A stretch of 64,000 bases of DNA from Mobula hypostoma (lineage: Eukaryota). Shown here in pieces: positions 36,973-49,770 of the stretch (position 1 is the first letter of the stretch; the number at the start of each line of letters is the position of its first letter). The stretch covers positions 39,992,001 to 40,056,000 of the forward strand of contig NC_086097.1 of NCBI RefSeq assembly GCF_963921235.1, written 5' to 3'. The notes under the pieces were generated by a model. The model was given only the letters and a program-made list of their open reading frames with translations, was not told where the DNA came from and searched no databases. Made by a program: the position numbers and the translations under genes.

Positions 36973-36981
36973 CTTTAACAG
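36973..36981 (-). other. Candidate 9-nt microexon (CTGTTAAAG)
   Basis: Minus strand ttccttttgcag|CTGTTAAAG|gtaaga in non-repetitive sequence; no host gene identified. Confidence 0.25.
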
Positions 36982-37359
36982 CTGCAAAAGGAATTAATGA
37001 ATGGTGAAGCATTAATATCCACTGTCATTGTATCTGCATAATTCTGTACACCAATGCTAATTATACCATTTAATGATGGTGTTGCCTCAAATAAAATTAG
37101 AAATAAGCTTTAAAATATTTAAGGGGTATTCTTCATTTCTTGATACCTTGGTTGGGTTTAAATAAAATGGCAAGTGGCTGTGGAACTGTAGTAATATTGA
37201 ATTAATTGTAAAATAAAGCGGGAAACAAACTAATACACCTGTAACAAATCTGGTTTCATCTTTTATAATGAGCTGAGCAGCTTGCTGGAGTTGGTGGGAG
37301 AGTATGAAAGGAAAAAAAAAGCTCTTGTCTGGATGTTCACAGAATAACAGAACAATTGC

Positions 37360-38255
37360 AGTGCGATAGGAGTCCATTGTGTCGAGTCTGCGCTGGCCCC
37401 ATGTATGAGCTACCTTTCATCCCAGTCCATTACCTTCTCCCTTTGGCCCTCCAAGTATATTCCTTTCAGCTCCCTTTTGAAATCTGCATTTGAATTTGCC
37501 TGCATTACTCCCTTGGCAGTGCATTCCAGACCTCAAACTCTTAACGTGTAAAAACAATTTTCCCCTGTGTCACATTTGCTTCTTTTACAAATCAGATATA
37601 TTCTATCTCCCTCCAGTTCTTGACCCCGTATCATTGGATGCTATTGCTTGTTATCTCTTCTGTCTATGCCCTTCTTAGACCTTGGAGCTGCCTCTGTCTC
37701 AAAAAAGAACAACCATAGCTCCTGCAGTTATCCACATAGCCAGCAGATCTTTCCGCCCCGGAACTGTTTTCCACAGCTTGTACTAAGGCCTGACATTTTT
37801 TGCTAAAATGTGGCATGCAGAAATGAGCCCAATACTCTAGTTACAGCTCAGCAAGTGTGTTATGATTGTTGAACATACGGTCCTTCCTCTCATACCTCTA
37901 TTACAGAGTACAGAGTCCAAAATGTTTTCATTAACCAGTACCTCTACCCTTTCTATGAAATTTCTATGAAATACCACTTTCTATGAATTATACAGTACCT
38001 GTGGACTATCTCCCAACCACTGCCCGAATTCCCTGTCCTTGTACCCTTTTTAGAATTGAATCTATAATTACCTGTTTTCATCTTTTTTAAACAAAATGTG
38101 CAGCTTCGCATTTTCAGCTTTGAATTTTATCTTGCTTGTATCTGCTGATGTGATCACCCTGTCCATACTTCCTTGAAGTCTATTGCCATCCTCCTTCCAG
38201 TCCATTATGCCTCCCCATTTTATCACCAATGAACCGAATTGACATTCTCACACCT
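37360..38255 (-). mobile_element. Old CR1 3' remnant
   Basis: Decayed CR1 tail near 37370; IKFKAE.CE..HF-like motif near 38100 on minus strand. Confidence 0.5.
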
Positions 38256-39931
38256 TGAAGTTTTGTCGGATGGCATCATGATGAACAGCCAATCTATAGG
38301 TGCATAACCCAATGCAGCAGGCAAGTTGGCTGCCCAGAGCAATCCTTGCTTAATTGATAGAAAGCAAACGATGCATTTCCCTGTATGTTTTAATGTACAT
38401 GTAACAAATAGAGCTAATCAAAGCTCATTGAATCCTAAGGATTGAGCAAGCTAGCAAGTTAAGGGAATGCAGTGAATGGAGGTTCTGCAAGTCCTCGATC
38501 AGGCACTTCGGAGATTTATTTCTGACCTTACGACTGTTCACCAGGTCACAGAGATTAAAGTATGTTCACATAATCATCAGCTGCTGGTCTAGATTTCCTT
38601 TCTGTTATTGCACACCTTGCTGTTCCTTTATATGTAAGGACAACCAGGAGAATGGAGTGCCAGCAGCAGTGATGCTCCGAGATATAACCAAGGATTTGCC
38701 AAGGACAGCAGTGCTTTCAGTGATCTTCTGAGAAACAAAGGCACAGAACAGTTCTATTAGAACTGGCAGATTGAGAGAGATGAACAGTGGTTCTTCTTAA
38801 AGCATCATTCAGTGAGCACTCGCAGAGAGCACAGGCATGGCTAAGAGGGAGAGGTGTGCTGATTATGAAGAAAGACCCAATAATTTTATCTAATATCCTC
38901 GCTCTCACAGATGATAAACAGCACCAATTAAAGAGGGACAAATAAGAAGACCCCATTACGCTTGCAGAAGGGAAGTAGATTTTGAGAAGGGCACATTTTA
39001 ATACTGCTGCAAACCGTGCAATTCTGTTCAGGGAGTCCAACTACATTGCAGCTTTCGACACAGCATCAAAGAGCACAGCGCACTGATCTCTAACTTCTGC
39101 TCTTTATCCTGCCTTGTGTTGCAAAGTTCCCTGTGCACTGGTAGGATGGAGGCTTTGAATCCATGGAATGGGGAGCATGCATGTCCTCTCACAGGAAGAC
39201 ACAAATTGTCCCATGGCACAAGTAGGGGATATTCCTGATGTTAACCTCAAAGAACATTACAAAAACAGTTGATTGTTTCCTTCCTGCTGTTTTTAGAATC
39301 ATGCTTTGTGCAAAGTGGCTGTTGCATTTACAAGAATACCTCAGTGGCTGCACTGCAAGAGTACTCATCCTGAAAGAGACATGAAAGGCAACCACATGAA
39401 AGCAGGTCTTTTTGTCCTGATACGCAGACACTTGTGCTCAGATAGTCTTTCATTCAGTTTCCAGGTGAAGAATCACTATTTGCCCACTTATATTTAGCTC
39501 CTTCTTCTCCAACCTGGTGGAAGTGAATCTCAAGGGCTTTTCCCATTTTTGTGCCTACACCCAGCTGTCCATCTAGTTATGTGCAGATCAAACATAAATG
39601 CCTTGAGGATGGCTTTTTGCCACCTGTGTTAAATAATGTGATAGGACTAGAGGTAGACTTGCTATCCTAAGGCATGATTATTTTTTCAGATTCCTCTCTC
39701 ATGTACAGGTTTGCAGATGTTTGGAAACAGGTGGAGAGGTGAATCTCACTTTAAAACAAAAAGGAAAGCAGCCGCTTTTGAGTTTATACTAGAAAATGAA
39801 TTTGGCTGCAAACACAACGTATAGCTTTGACAGGTGCAGAATTAAACCATTCATTAGGTTGCAATGAGACTATTGGGGGGTATTAGTGCTCGCTGAGCAG
39901 ATGTGGCAGATAAAGGAACACCATTTCTGAA

Positions 39932-40110
39932 TCACAGGAGATTCTGTGGATGCTGGAAGCTTTGAGCAACACATACAGAACATTGAAGGAACTCAGCAGG
40001 TCATGCAGAGTACACTGTATATGGAGGGGAGAAAACAGTCAACGTTTTGGGCCTGATGAAAGGTCTCAGCCTGAAACTTTGACTGTTTACTCCCCTACAC
40101 TGATGCTGAG
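39932..40110. mobile_element. Palindromic Penelope-derived mini-element with hammerhead core
   Basis: AAACAGTCAA (40033-42) pairs with TTGACTGTTT (40079-88); CTGATGA 40053-59, AGG/CCT stem, GAAAC 40073-77. Confidence 0.7.
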
Positions 40111-40609
40111 TTGCCATTTCTGAAATATGCACAGTGTCAGTTAAAAGCAGAATTCCTAAAGGTGTCATCCGTGTCTCTGTGCTCCTTTGTGGTGCACACT
40201 GGCTTTATAAAATTCTGCACAGGGTGTGGAGAGGAGTGATAAATGACTGCCTATTTCTGATTCTCTTTGCATTTAGTGACTTGATGGAGCATTGTGAGGG
40301 CTGATAAGAGTCAACCATTGTGTCCAGTATCACATATACATCAAAGAGAAGATTGGCAGGTTTCCTTCTCTGCAGCTAGTCAGTAAACTAGATGGGTTTT
40401 TGTCCACTATTTTCAGGAACTTCATTACCTTTCGGTAAATTTCTTTTTGGATTTATTTAATTAAATGAATATGAATTCATTAGTTCCTGTGTCAGTTCGA
40501 ATTTATGTCTTTGGATGATCTGTCCTCTGTCATGTCCACTGATTCAACCACTATTATAAGTTCTAGTCTTTACCCAGTTGTTTTGCAATCATTGTTGACA
40601 GGACCATTC

Positions 40610-40892
40610 CCAGGAGCAGAAAAGGGATTCAAAGCCCAGAAGACTTCAGCCTAAGGTGAGAGGAGCAAGATTTAAAAGGGACCTGAGGCTAGTGTGTAAG
40701 TGGAAAGAGTTGCCAGAGGAAGTGGTTGAGTCAGGTAAAATGACAACATTTAAAAACATTTGGACAAATACATGGATAGGGAAGGTTTACAGAAACATGG
40801 ACCAAACAAGGGCAAATGAGACTGGCCTAGCTGATTGGCATGGATGAATTGGGCTGAAAGAGCCTGTTCCCTTGCTGTATTACTGTATGACT
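40610..40892 (+). mobile_element. CR1 3' fragment
   Basis: LKVRGARFKRDLR..WKELPEEVVESGKMTTFK; GGGCTGAA...GCTGTATTACTGTATGAC tail. Confidence 0.8.
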
Positions 40893-41130
40893 GACTCAAT
40901 ATTCAATAAAATTTAACTTTTGGAACGGTGTATCATGCATTGCCAATCTGATAATGATTATCGTCCAAAGCTGCGAGTGCAATTTATGGAGCCAACTGCA
41001 CATAAAAGTTCGTGTGCATCATGCATGTGCGTCTTTGGGTTGGAAGGAAGATAATGCCAGCGTGGAGGAGATGAAGAGAAAGGAAGGCTATGAAATGTCT
41101 CAAGCTCTTTAATTAAGTATTAATGAAATG

Positions 41131-41420
41131 GGTTGCACAGTAACATAGTGGTTAACACAACGCTTTACCATAAAGCAACCCGGGTTCATTCCCTGTCGCT
41201 ACCTATAAGGAGTTAATACTTTCTCCCCATGACTGCGTGTGTTTCCTCCGGTTGCTCTGGTTTCCTCCCACAGTCCAAAGACATACTGGTTGGTAGGTTA
41301 ATTGCTCTTTGTGAACTGTCCCGTGATTAGGCCAGGGCTAAATCAGAGTTGTTGGGCAGCACGACTCAAAGAGCCGGAAGGTCCTATTTCATGCTGTATC
41401 TCAATAAATAAATAAATTTA
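41131..41420 (+). mobile_element. V-SINE (tRNA-derived)
   Basis: A box TAACATAGTGG, B box GGTTCATTCC, V-domain TTTCCTCCGGTTGCTCTGGTTTCCTCCCACAGTCCAAAGAC, (AATA)n tail. Confidence 0.8.
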
Positions 41421-41599
41421 AAATTTCAGGTACTGGGAAGATCAAATTAGGATAGTTATGTTGACCTAGTACATGATCCATCTTAGCTCACAACAGCAAC
41501 GTCACATCAAATTTTTGCTTGCCTAACCTTAGGAAGGATTTTAAGGTCTGAGACAGAGAGAGAGAGAGAGAGAGAATGAAGGGTAGATTATATTGACTA

Positions 41600-42030
41600 G
41601 AATGCTTCCTGAGTTGAGGGTATTTCATCTCCAAGATTAAATCAAGCGTGTTCTTCTTGGAGAAAAGAAGGTTAAGGGGAGATGTGATAGAAGTGCATAA
41701 ACTCGAGGTTGTTTTAAAGAGGGCAAGTAGAGACAAGATCTTCCCTTAGCGAAGGGTGAAGAATTGGAGAATGCAGATTTAAAATTTTGAGTGATAAATA
41801 TAAGGAGGATGTCAGGAAAAGCTTTTCTACAGAGAATCACTATGATCTAGAATCCACAAGTGAGGAGAAAACAGAATAACAATGTTTTCAAAGGGAATTT
41901 TGATTGGTACTTGAGAGAGAATAACTTGCAATCTTGCTTCAGAGAATGAAGAATGGCATTGACAGAATTAGTCCACTGGGAAGCAGCATACACCTAATGG
42001 ACTGAATAACTAATTTCAATGTCAAAACAA
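41600..42030 (+). mobile_element. Old CR1 3' fragment
   Basis: FFLEKRRLRGDVIEVHK motif. Confidence 0.65.
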
Positions 42031-43174
42031 ATCCGTTTTTCTAGTGCTGATAGGAATTGGATGTATGAAACCAAGTAAATAATAGGTTTTTAGATAACCA
42101 AAGTATACAGAAGATGAGGGATGAAACTCCACTCAGACCAATGGTCGAGTCGCCAAGTCTGGAGATGCCAATATATTGGATGATGATTTCAGCTTCAAGT
42201 GGACTGAGAAAGAGACAGAACTACAGTATATGGCATTATGGAGCTGGATAGAGGGAGTCTTTCTTTTGTGGAACACTAAGGCACAAGATCACCTCAGATC
42301 AGATGGGACACAAAGGGGTAATATTGCTGCAAATGCAAACTATGAGAGTGTTTTGGAACTTTTTTGTTGCCTGGAGACTGAATAGTTATCCCTTTACCTG
42401 GCTACTGAGGTGTATAACTTTGAAATGTTATCTCTCCTCTGACCTGGTTAAGGAGTACTTTGTTTCGGAAAGGTCCAGTCTGTTGAACTTAACTTGCTGA
42501 AAGGCCACTGTAGTTCATCTAGCAAAATGTCTGTTTATCTTGTATGTTGATTCCTGCTGACCACAATCAGCTAAAGTCACGAATCCTTTCCTGTGCTCCA
42601 GTGAGCCATTTTTATCTGTTTCTCTCTTTGTTTTCTTTTTGTAGCACCAGTCCCTGCCGCTATGGATATCATTCTCCATGCATTTTAATTGTACTTGAAG
42701 TGTCTTTAAATCTTGCCTTTTTTGAACTTGGCGCTTTAGCACATGGTTGTATTTAGGTAACCTCATGAAAATGATCAGAATTGAATTGAATGTGCTTCTA
42801 TAAGAACCTCGAACATTTGAATAATATTTTCCATGAGCATTATATTCTCCAGAGTAAAATATTTCAGATCTTAGGAGACATCCACATTGCTTGGATGTCT
42901 TAAGGTAAATATGAATTAGCTCATCCTTTATTGCACTTAAAGCTGTGGTATCCCCATCACACTACTGCAATCAGCTTTGCATACAGTAGGTAAAATCTGT
43001 TCATATTTCTTGAAGCATTTAATATTTCCTGGATTAACAATGACTTGAGGTAACTGGTCCAAGGAGTTAGTAATCTAAAAGGAAAGAATGTTGGAAGTGA
43101 AGTCATCAGGTCAGGAAGGATCTGCGGGAAGAGAGACGGTCAATGTTTTGTGTCTGTGATGCTTTGTTAGAGTT

Positions 43175-43292
43175 AGAACATAGAACATAAAAAAGCCTAC
43201 AGAACAATATAGGCCCTTCGGCCCACAAAGCTGTGCTGAACATGTCCTTAGTTCAGAAATTATCTAGGGTTACCCATAGCCTTCTATTTTTT
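43175..43292 (-). mobile_element. CR1 3' tail
   Basis: AGAACAT-repeat tail; matches 49771-49890. Confidence 0.7.
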
Positions 43293-43740
43293 AATACTGT
43301 TTTTTTTATTTATATTCATTGTGTTTCCATGGAAGAGCCTTTTGTGGCTTTGTTTAGCAAAACTATAAAAAACCAGATAAGTTAAACACTTACCCTCTCC
43401 CTTGAATTCATGTACCACAGAGAGGGAAGCTGCCCCAGCACAGGTTCTAAAATGCTACAGATACTCTCCCAGAGATATAAAGCCTGGCTCTAGAGTTCAT
43501 CTCAGCTCACTTTCTGCTCAAACCATCTTACAATTAAATATCTCCAAAGAAAATCTTTTGACATAGGAGTTGCAAACAGACTCTTCTGTTTGCCATTTTA
43601 TCGGCGTATAGATTGCAAGTTTGCAGTCAGATCCAATTTATTCTCTGGAACTGGAACCAATTGGACACTTTACAGTAACAGATCAGGGTCAAAGTGGACG
43701 CATTTCACCTCCACCTCTGCAGGTTCTGAGCTGGATGGTC

Positions 43741-44889
43741 TTCTTCTTTTTCGGTTGTCCATCAAAATCCAATGACAACGTCCACTCCTTTAATGGTGAG
43801 ATCTTTGATGACTATACAGTCCTATCCTGGACCCACAAGCTCTACCACAGGTGGGATACGTATATGTGGTAGTGCTGGCAACCATGGCTGCATTTCTCCT
43901 GGCTCTCTTCTGCTGTCTTCAGGTTGTTCTTTCCATCTCCAGAATACGAACCCCGTCCCTACACAGCTGTCGCCACGTGGTACGGTCAGCAACAACATCC
44001 TCCAGGTCCTCGGGTCTGATCTTGCACTTCCTTAAAGCATTCGTCATCTGATCCTTATAGCGCTTCTTTGGCCTTCCAGCTGAGCGTCGACCATGATGTA
44101 GCTGGCCGTATAACACTCTGCAGGGTAGCCGACATGGGGGCATCCTTATCACGTGCCCCAGCCACTGCAGCTGACGCTGGGTGATCATAGCCTCAATACT
44201 TCTGCAGTTGGTCTTTACAAGTATTTCAGTGTGAGGCACCCACTCACACCAGGTAATTCCCAGGATGCGCTGGAGGCAGCTTATATGGAAGCCCTCCAAG
44301 GACTTGATGTGACGGCTGTAGGTTACCCAATCTTCATAGCTATAAAGGAGGGCGGTGACACAGACCACTTGGTATACAGTGACCTTTGTGGAGGGACGAA
44401 GGCTCCTGTTCTGAAAGACTCTACGCCGAAGTCTCCTAAAGGCAGCTGATGCCTGTCTAATGTGGCTCTGGCTGTCGTCGTCAATGCCGCTATCCTCAGA
44501 GAGAATGCTCCCCAGATATTTGAAAGATGGCACTGCTGACAGGTTTTCATCACCAACAGTGAAGGTAGGTAGAGTGGGTGGGACACTGGTACTCTATTGG
44601 CAAACCACTACTGTCTTGGTGGTATTGACAGTCAGCCTCATCCTGCTGTACGCTCTCACCATCACAGCAAGGACAGTCTGAAGATCCTCCGGAGTGTGGG
44701 CCACAAGAGCACAGTTTCTGCATACTGCAGCTCCAGGACCCGCTCTCTATGGAGTTTGGTGGTTGCGTAGAGCCTCCAAATGTCAAAGAGGTTGCCATCT
44801 AATCTGACGTCCACTGCCACACTGCTGCTGTCTTCAATCTTGTTGTGGAGAAGCTTGGTAACACACAAGAGGAAGATGTTAAAGAGCAC
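43741..44889 (-). mobile_element. RTE-clade LINE 3' part (third RTE family in window)
   Basis: LFNIFLLCV..; ELQYA; FKYLGSILSED...IRQASAAFRRLRRRVF...LQWLGHVIRM...RPKKRYKD; (AAG)n tail. Confidence 0.9.
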
Positions 44890-44971
44890 TTTAACATAGT
44901 GCTCTCTGCTTACAGCTATTGCCGCTGGCTAGCCTTCTTAATAGAGGGTGAAAAGAGCTGGATGATGGAAC

Positions 44972-45295
44972 TAATAGAACAGCACATGAATTGACCCTTC
45001 AGCCCACAATGTTTTGCCAAATTAATTAACCTATTACTTAAATTCCTAATTAAATTATTCTTTTACCTACACAAAGTTCTTAACCCTTCATTCTCTGCAC
45101 ATTCACATGCTTTCCTAAGTGTCTCTTAAACACTTATACTTCCCTCTACTACCACCCCAAAAACACGATCCAGGTATACACTACTCTCTGTGTTTAAAAG
45201 AATTACTAGCCCCACACATCTCCTTCAAATTAACCTCACCTCTCCTTAAGCTCTTTATTATACATTTCAACCATGGGGGAACGGTACTGACTACT
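44972..45295 (-). mobile_element. CR1 3' fragment
   Basis: CR1 tail ATAGAACAGCAC...CCCTTCAGCCCACAATG; ORF2-end-like sequence. Confidence 0.6.
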
Positions 45296-48200
45296 ATAAT
45301 GTGGGAATGTAGAGTCTGTCACATGGGGCAAGAGATGCTTGCCAGGAAGGTTGGGTGAGCTGCTTGAGAGTTTCAAACAGTACTTGTTTAAAGGTATAGT
45401 GTAATTAATTGAATCTTACCAGCAATTTTATCATTGACAACAGATATTAAATCATCAGATGTTTCACTGTATCCGGATCTTTCTGTAACCTCAACTGCTA
45501 TAGACTATACTCTATCTGCTATGTGTATTAAAATAGCAATGCAAAGAATCTTCTATTTGTAGGAATGTCCTGTCATACATCAATGACCTCACATGCACCA
45601 AATGTAATGCAACACAACACAGAAGAAGAAAAATAAAGTACTATAAAAGTACAGTGGGAAATCACAACAGAAAAAATTGGAAGCACTCAATGGAACAGGC
45701 AGCATCTGTCGAAAGACAAACGGTTAATATTTGAGCCAGCTGACTTTTCATCATTTTTTTTTAATCAAAGATAAAAGTAATTCCTTCTGGCTGGGATAAA
45801 CAGCTCCAAGAAGAAATGTTGGCTTCCAGTAGTATGAGAAATACACACACACTCTGTCCGAGACGGAAGCGCAAGACTTGTCGCGCGGCAGATGGAACTA
45901 CAGATGTCACTCGGTTGGCCCTGGATCAGAGACCTCAGTGGTTTCAAGAGGATTTTTAGACCTTTGGATTAGGCAAATGTGAATGTGTCAAGTTATTTTA
46001 ATGTGTTGCATTTTATCATATTTTAATTAAATTATTTTAATTATTTAAATTAATTTCTTGAATGTTTTTTTCCCTTCTGAATGTCAGAGATATTTAATAG
46101 TTCTTAAAATTCTTGATAGCTTTGGCAGAAGGCAAAGATTCAGTCCCGAGAGTCTGCTGCCCAAGGCGAGGTCATCATTGAAATCTTGCTTTCGATTCAA
46201 GCCTGCAGATGGTAAGCACCATTCAGCTTCTGCATCTGAAACCACTAGCCATGTCCTGCAACATCTGGCCTGTGATACTTAATGCTCATGACAAGATCCT
46301 GGAAAACATATATAAACTAGCATAACCTTTTCTTAATTAAAATAATGGATAAATTTAAACAGTATCAGGACCACAGATCCGGCACAAAACTCATGACCCA
46401 CTGGGCAGTAGCGTTCCCTGTCCTTTGATGTTTTTGAGACTTACAGCAGATATGTTGACACAAAGAGAAAACATCACCCATGCTATATGGGTATTGACAC
46501 CAATGACATAGGTCGACATGGTGAGGAGGTCCTGGAGAGAGATTTCAGGGAGCTAGGTAGAAAACTGAGAAACTGGACCTGCAGGATAGTAACCTCTGGA
46601 TTGCTGCCTGTGCCATGTGCCAGCGAGTGTAAAAATAGAATGATATAGCAGATGGCTGAGAAACTGGTGCAGGGGTCAGGGGTTCAGATTTATGGATCAT
46701 TGGGATCTCTTCTGGGGAAGTTATGACCTGTATTAGAGGTACGGGTTACACCTGAGTCTGAGTTGGTTCAATATCCTTGTGGGCAGGAAGACTGGAGTTG
46801 TTTGGGAGGGTTTAAACTAATTTGGCGGGGGATAGGAACAGGAGTGATAGTGATGAAGATAAGGTGGTTGGTTTACAAACAGAGGCAATGTGTAGTGATG
46901 CTCCTAGCAAGTAGAGTCCGATGATAGGGAAAAATTCCGGTCAACGGGATGAATTGCAACATAAAAGGGGGACAAAATGGAAAAGGGTGAATACAGGACT
47001 GAAGATGTTATATTTGAACAGACACAATATACAGAATAAGGTAGATGAACTTATAGCACAGTTACAGGTTGGCATGTATGATGTTGTAGGCATCACTGAA
47101 TCATGGCTGAAAGAAGATTATAGCTGGGAGTTTAATATCCAAGGATACATATTGTATTGAAAGGACAGGCAGGAGCTCAGATGGACTGGCATTGATCTGT
47201 TGGTAAAAAATGAAGTCAAGCCATTAGAAAGAGTTGACATAGGGTGTTGAATCATTGTGGATAGAGCTAAGGAACTGCAAGGGTAAAATGACCCTGATGC
47301 GAGTTTCATACAGACCCCAAACAGTAATATAGATGTGGTCTACAAATTACAATGGGAGATAGAAAGTGCATGCTAAAAGGGCAATGTTACAGTAGTCATG
47401 GGGAATTTCAATATGCAGGTAGACTGGAAAGCTCAAATTGGTGCTGATTCCAAGAGGGAGATTTTCTGGAATGCTTTTGAGAGGGGTTTTTAGAGCAGCT
47501 TGCGGTTAAGCCCACTAGGGGATCAGCTACTCTGGATTGGGTAATGTGCAATGATCCAGAATTGATTAGAGAGTTCAAGGTAAAAGAACCCTTAGGGGAC
47601 AAGTGATCATAACATGATCAAATTCACCCTGAAGTTTGAGAAGGAGAAGATAGTCAGATGTATCAGTATTACAGTGGAGTAAAGGGAATTGCAGAGGCAT
47701 GAGAGAGGAGAATTGATTGGAAAAGAACACTGGCAGGGATGACATCACAGCAGCAATGGTTGGAATTTCTGAAAACAATTTGGAAGGCACAGGATATATA
47801 CATACCAAAGAGGAAGAAGTATTATAAAGGCAAGCTGACACAACAGTGAGCAACAAGAGGAATCAAAGTCAAAGAGAGGGTGTATAAAAGAGCAAAAATT
47901 AGTGGGAGATTAGAGGATTTGGAATCTTTCAAATACCAACAGAAGGCAACTAAAAAGTCATTCAGAAAGTAAGGATGGAACACAAAAGTAAGCTGGCCAA
48001 TAATATTAAAGAGGATACCAAAAGTTTCTTCAGATACATAAAGTGTAAAAGAGAAGTGAGAGTGGATACCAGACCACTGGAAAACAATGCTGGTGAGGTA
48101 GTAATCGGTGATGAAATGGAAGATGAACTGAATAAATATTTTGCATCAGTCGTCACTGTGGAAGATACTAGCAGTATGGTGGAAGTTCCAGGTGTCAGGG

Positions 48201-49147
48201 GTCATCAAGTGTGTGAAGTTACTATAACTAGAGAAAAGTTTCTTGGGAAACTGAAAGGCCTAAAGATAGATAAGTGACCTGGGCCAGATGGTGTACACCC
48301 TAGTATTCTGAAAGAGGTCGCTGAAGAGATTGTGGAAGCATAATAATGATCTTTCAAGGAACACCAGATTCTGGAATGGTTCCAGAAGACTGGAACATTG
48401 CAAATGTCACTCCACTCTTCAAGAAGGGAAGAGGCAGAAGAAAGAAAATTATAGGCTAGTTAGCCTGACCTCAGTGGTTGGGAGGATGTTGGAATTGATT
48501 GTTAAGGACCTGGTTTTGGTGTATTTGGGGGCACATGATAAAATAGTTCATAGTCAACATGGTTTCCTGAAGGGAAAATCTTGCCTGACAAATCTGTTGG
48601 AATTTTATGAAGAAATATCTAGCAGGATAGACAGAGGAGAATCAGTTGATGTTGTGTACATGGATTTTCAGCATATTACAGGAAAGGTTCTAGCATGGAT
48701 AAAGCAGTCGCTGATTGGCAGGAGGCAAAGAGCTAGAATAAAGGGAGCCTTTTCTGGTTGGCTGCTGGTGACTAGATGTGTTTTACAGGGGGTCTGTGTT
48801 GAGACCGATTCTTTTTACGTTTTATGGAACTGATGGCTTTGTTGCAAAGTTTGCAGATGATATGAAGATAGGGGAAGGGACAGGCAGTTTTGAGGAAGTC
48901 GAGAGGCTACAGAAGGACCCAGACAGATTATGAGAATGGGCAAAGAAGTGGCAGATGGAGTACAGTGTCGGGAACTGTATGGTCATGCACTTTGGTAGAA
49001 GAAATGAAAGAGTTGATTATTTTCTAAGTGGAGAGAAAATACAAAAAAACTGATGTGCACAGGGACTTGAGAGTTCTTCTGCAGGATTCTCTGGATGTTA
49101 ATTTGTAGGTTGAGTCTATGGTGAGGAAGGCGAATGCAATGTTAGCA

Positions 49148-49621
49148 AAGCCAAGGAAAGAGGACCGGGTCGAGACAACAGAGACTTTTGGAGAAGAGGA
49201 GTTCGGTAGGTAATACCGTTTCGGCTGACCGGAAGTGCACGGAGAGCAGTAAGCGTAAAGGAGTTAGGTGCTTACTGATCTGGTTAACAACGGATGGTGC
49301 AATCCGGGGCATATTATGATCGAGGAACGTGTTTGCAGACTGGATATTGAACTTTTTACTGTTGGACTCCGGCCACATTCCACCGTGATACAATACTTGG
49401 CACGGGAGGTTGTTCCTGCCTGTGGCCACTGAACGTGCAGCTCCTCCCGTGGAGGGTCAGACACCCCGTGCCAATAGACTGGTCCTGAACTTATTTTCCA
49501 TCTGGCATAGTTTGCATTTTGTTGTTTGATTGTTGGGGGGTTTTGTATTGCTATATTTATGCTCTATTCTTGGTTGGTGCGGCTGTAACGAAACCAAATT
49601 TCCCTCGGGATTAATAAAGTA

Positions 49622-49652
<31 letters not shown>
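49148..49652 (+). mobile_element. Young non-autonomous Rex1/Babar deletion derivative inserted in CR1
   Basis: Splits CR1 AMLA|FISRGLEYK; short Rex1-like patches (ADRKCTESSKRKGV; FADWILNFL); (TATC)n tail. Confidence 0.7.
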
Positions 49653-49653
<1 letters not shown>

Positions 49654-49770
49654 ATTTCAAGAGGACTAGAATATAAAATCAATGATGTAATGTTGAAACT
49701 TTATAAAGCATTGGTGAGGTCTCACTTGAAGTATTGTGAGTAGATTTGGGCCCCATATCTTGGAAAAGGA

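Noticed and set aside
38635..38760. Plus-strand exon candidate (GQPGEWSASSSDAPRY...)
   Set aside because: Weak acceptor, no convincing donor before the stop, no recognisable protein.
46120..46217. Plus-strand exon ending ATG|gtaagc
   Set aside because: No frame gives a recognisable protein and the acceptor is weak; insufficient support.
49620..49652. (TATC)n and similar short repeats as functional elements
   Set aside because: Explained as LINE 3' tails or ordinary microsatellites.
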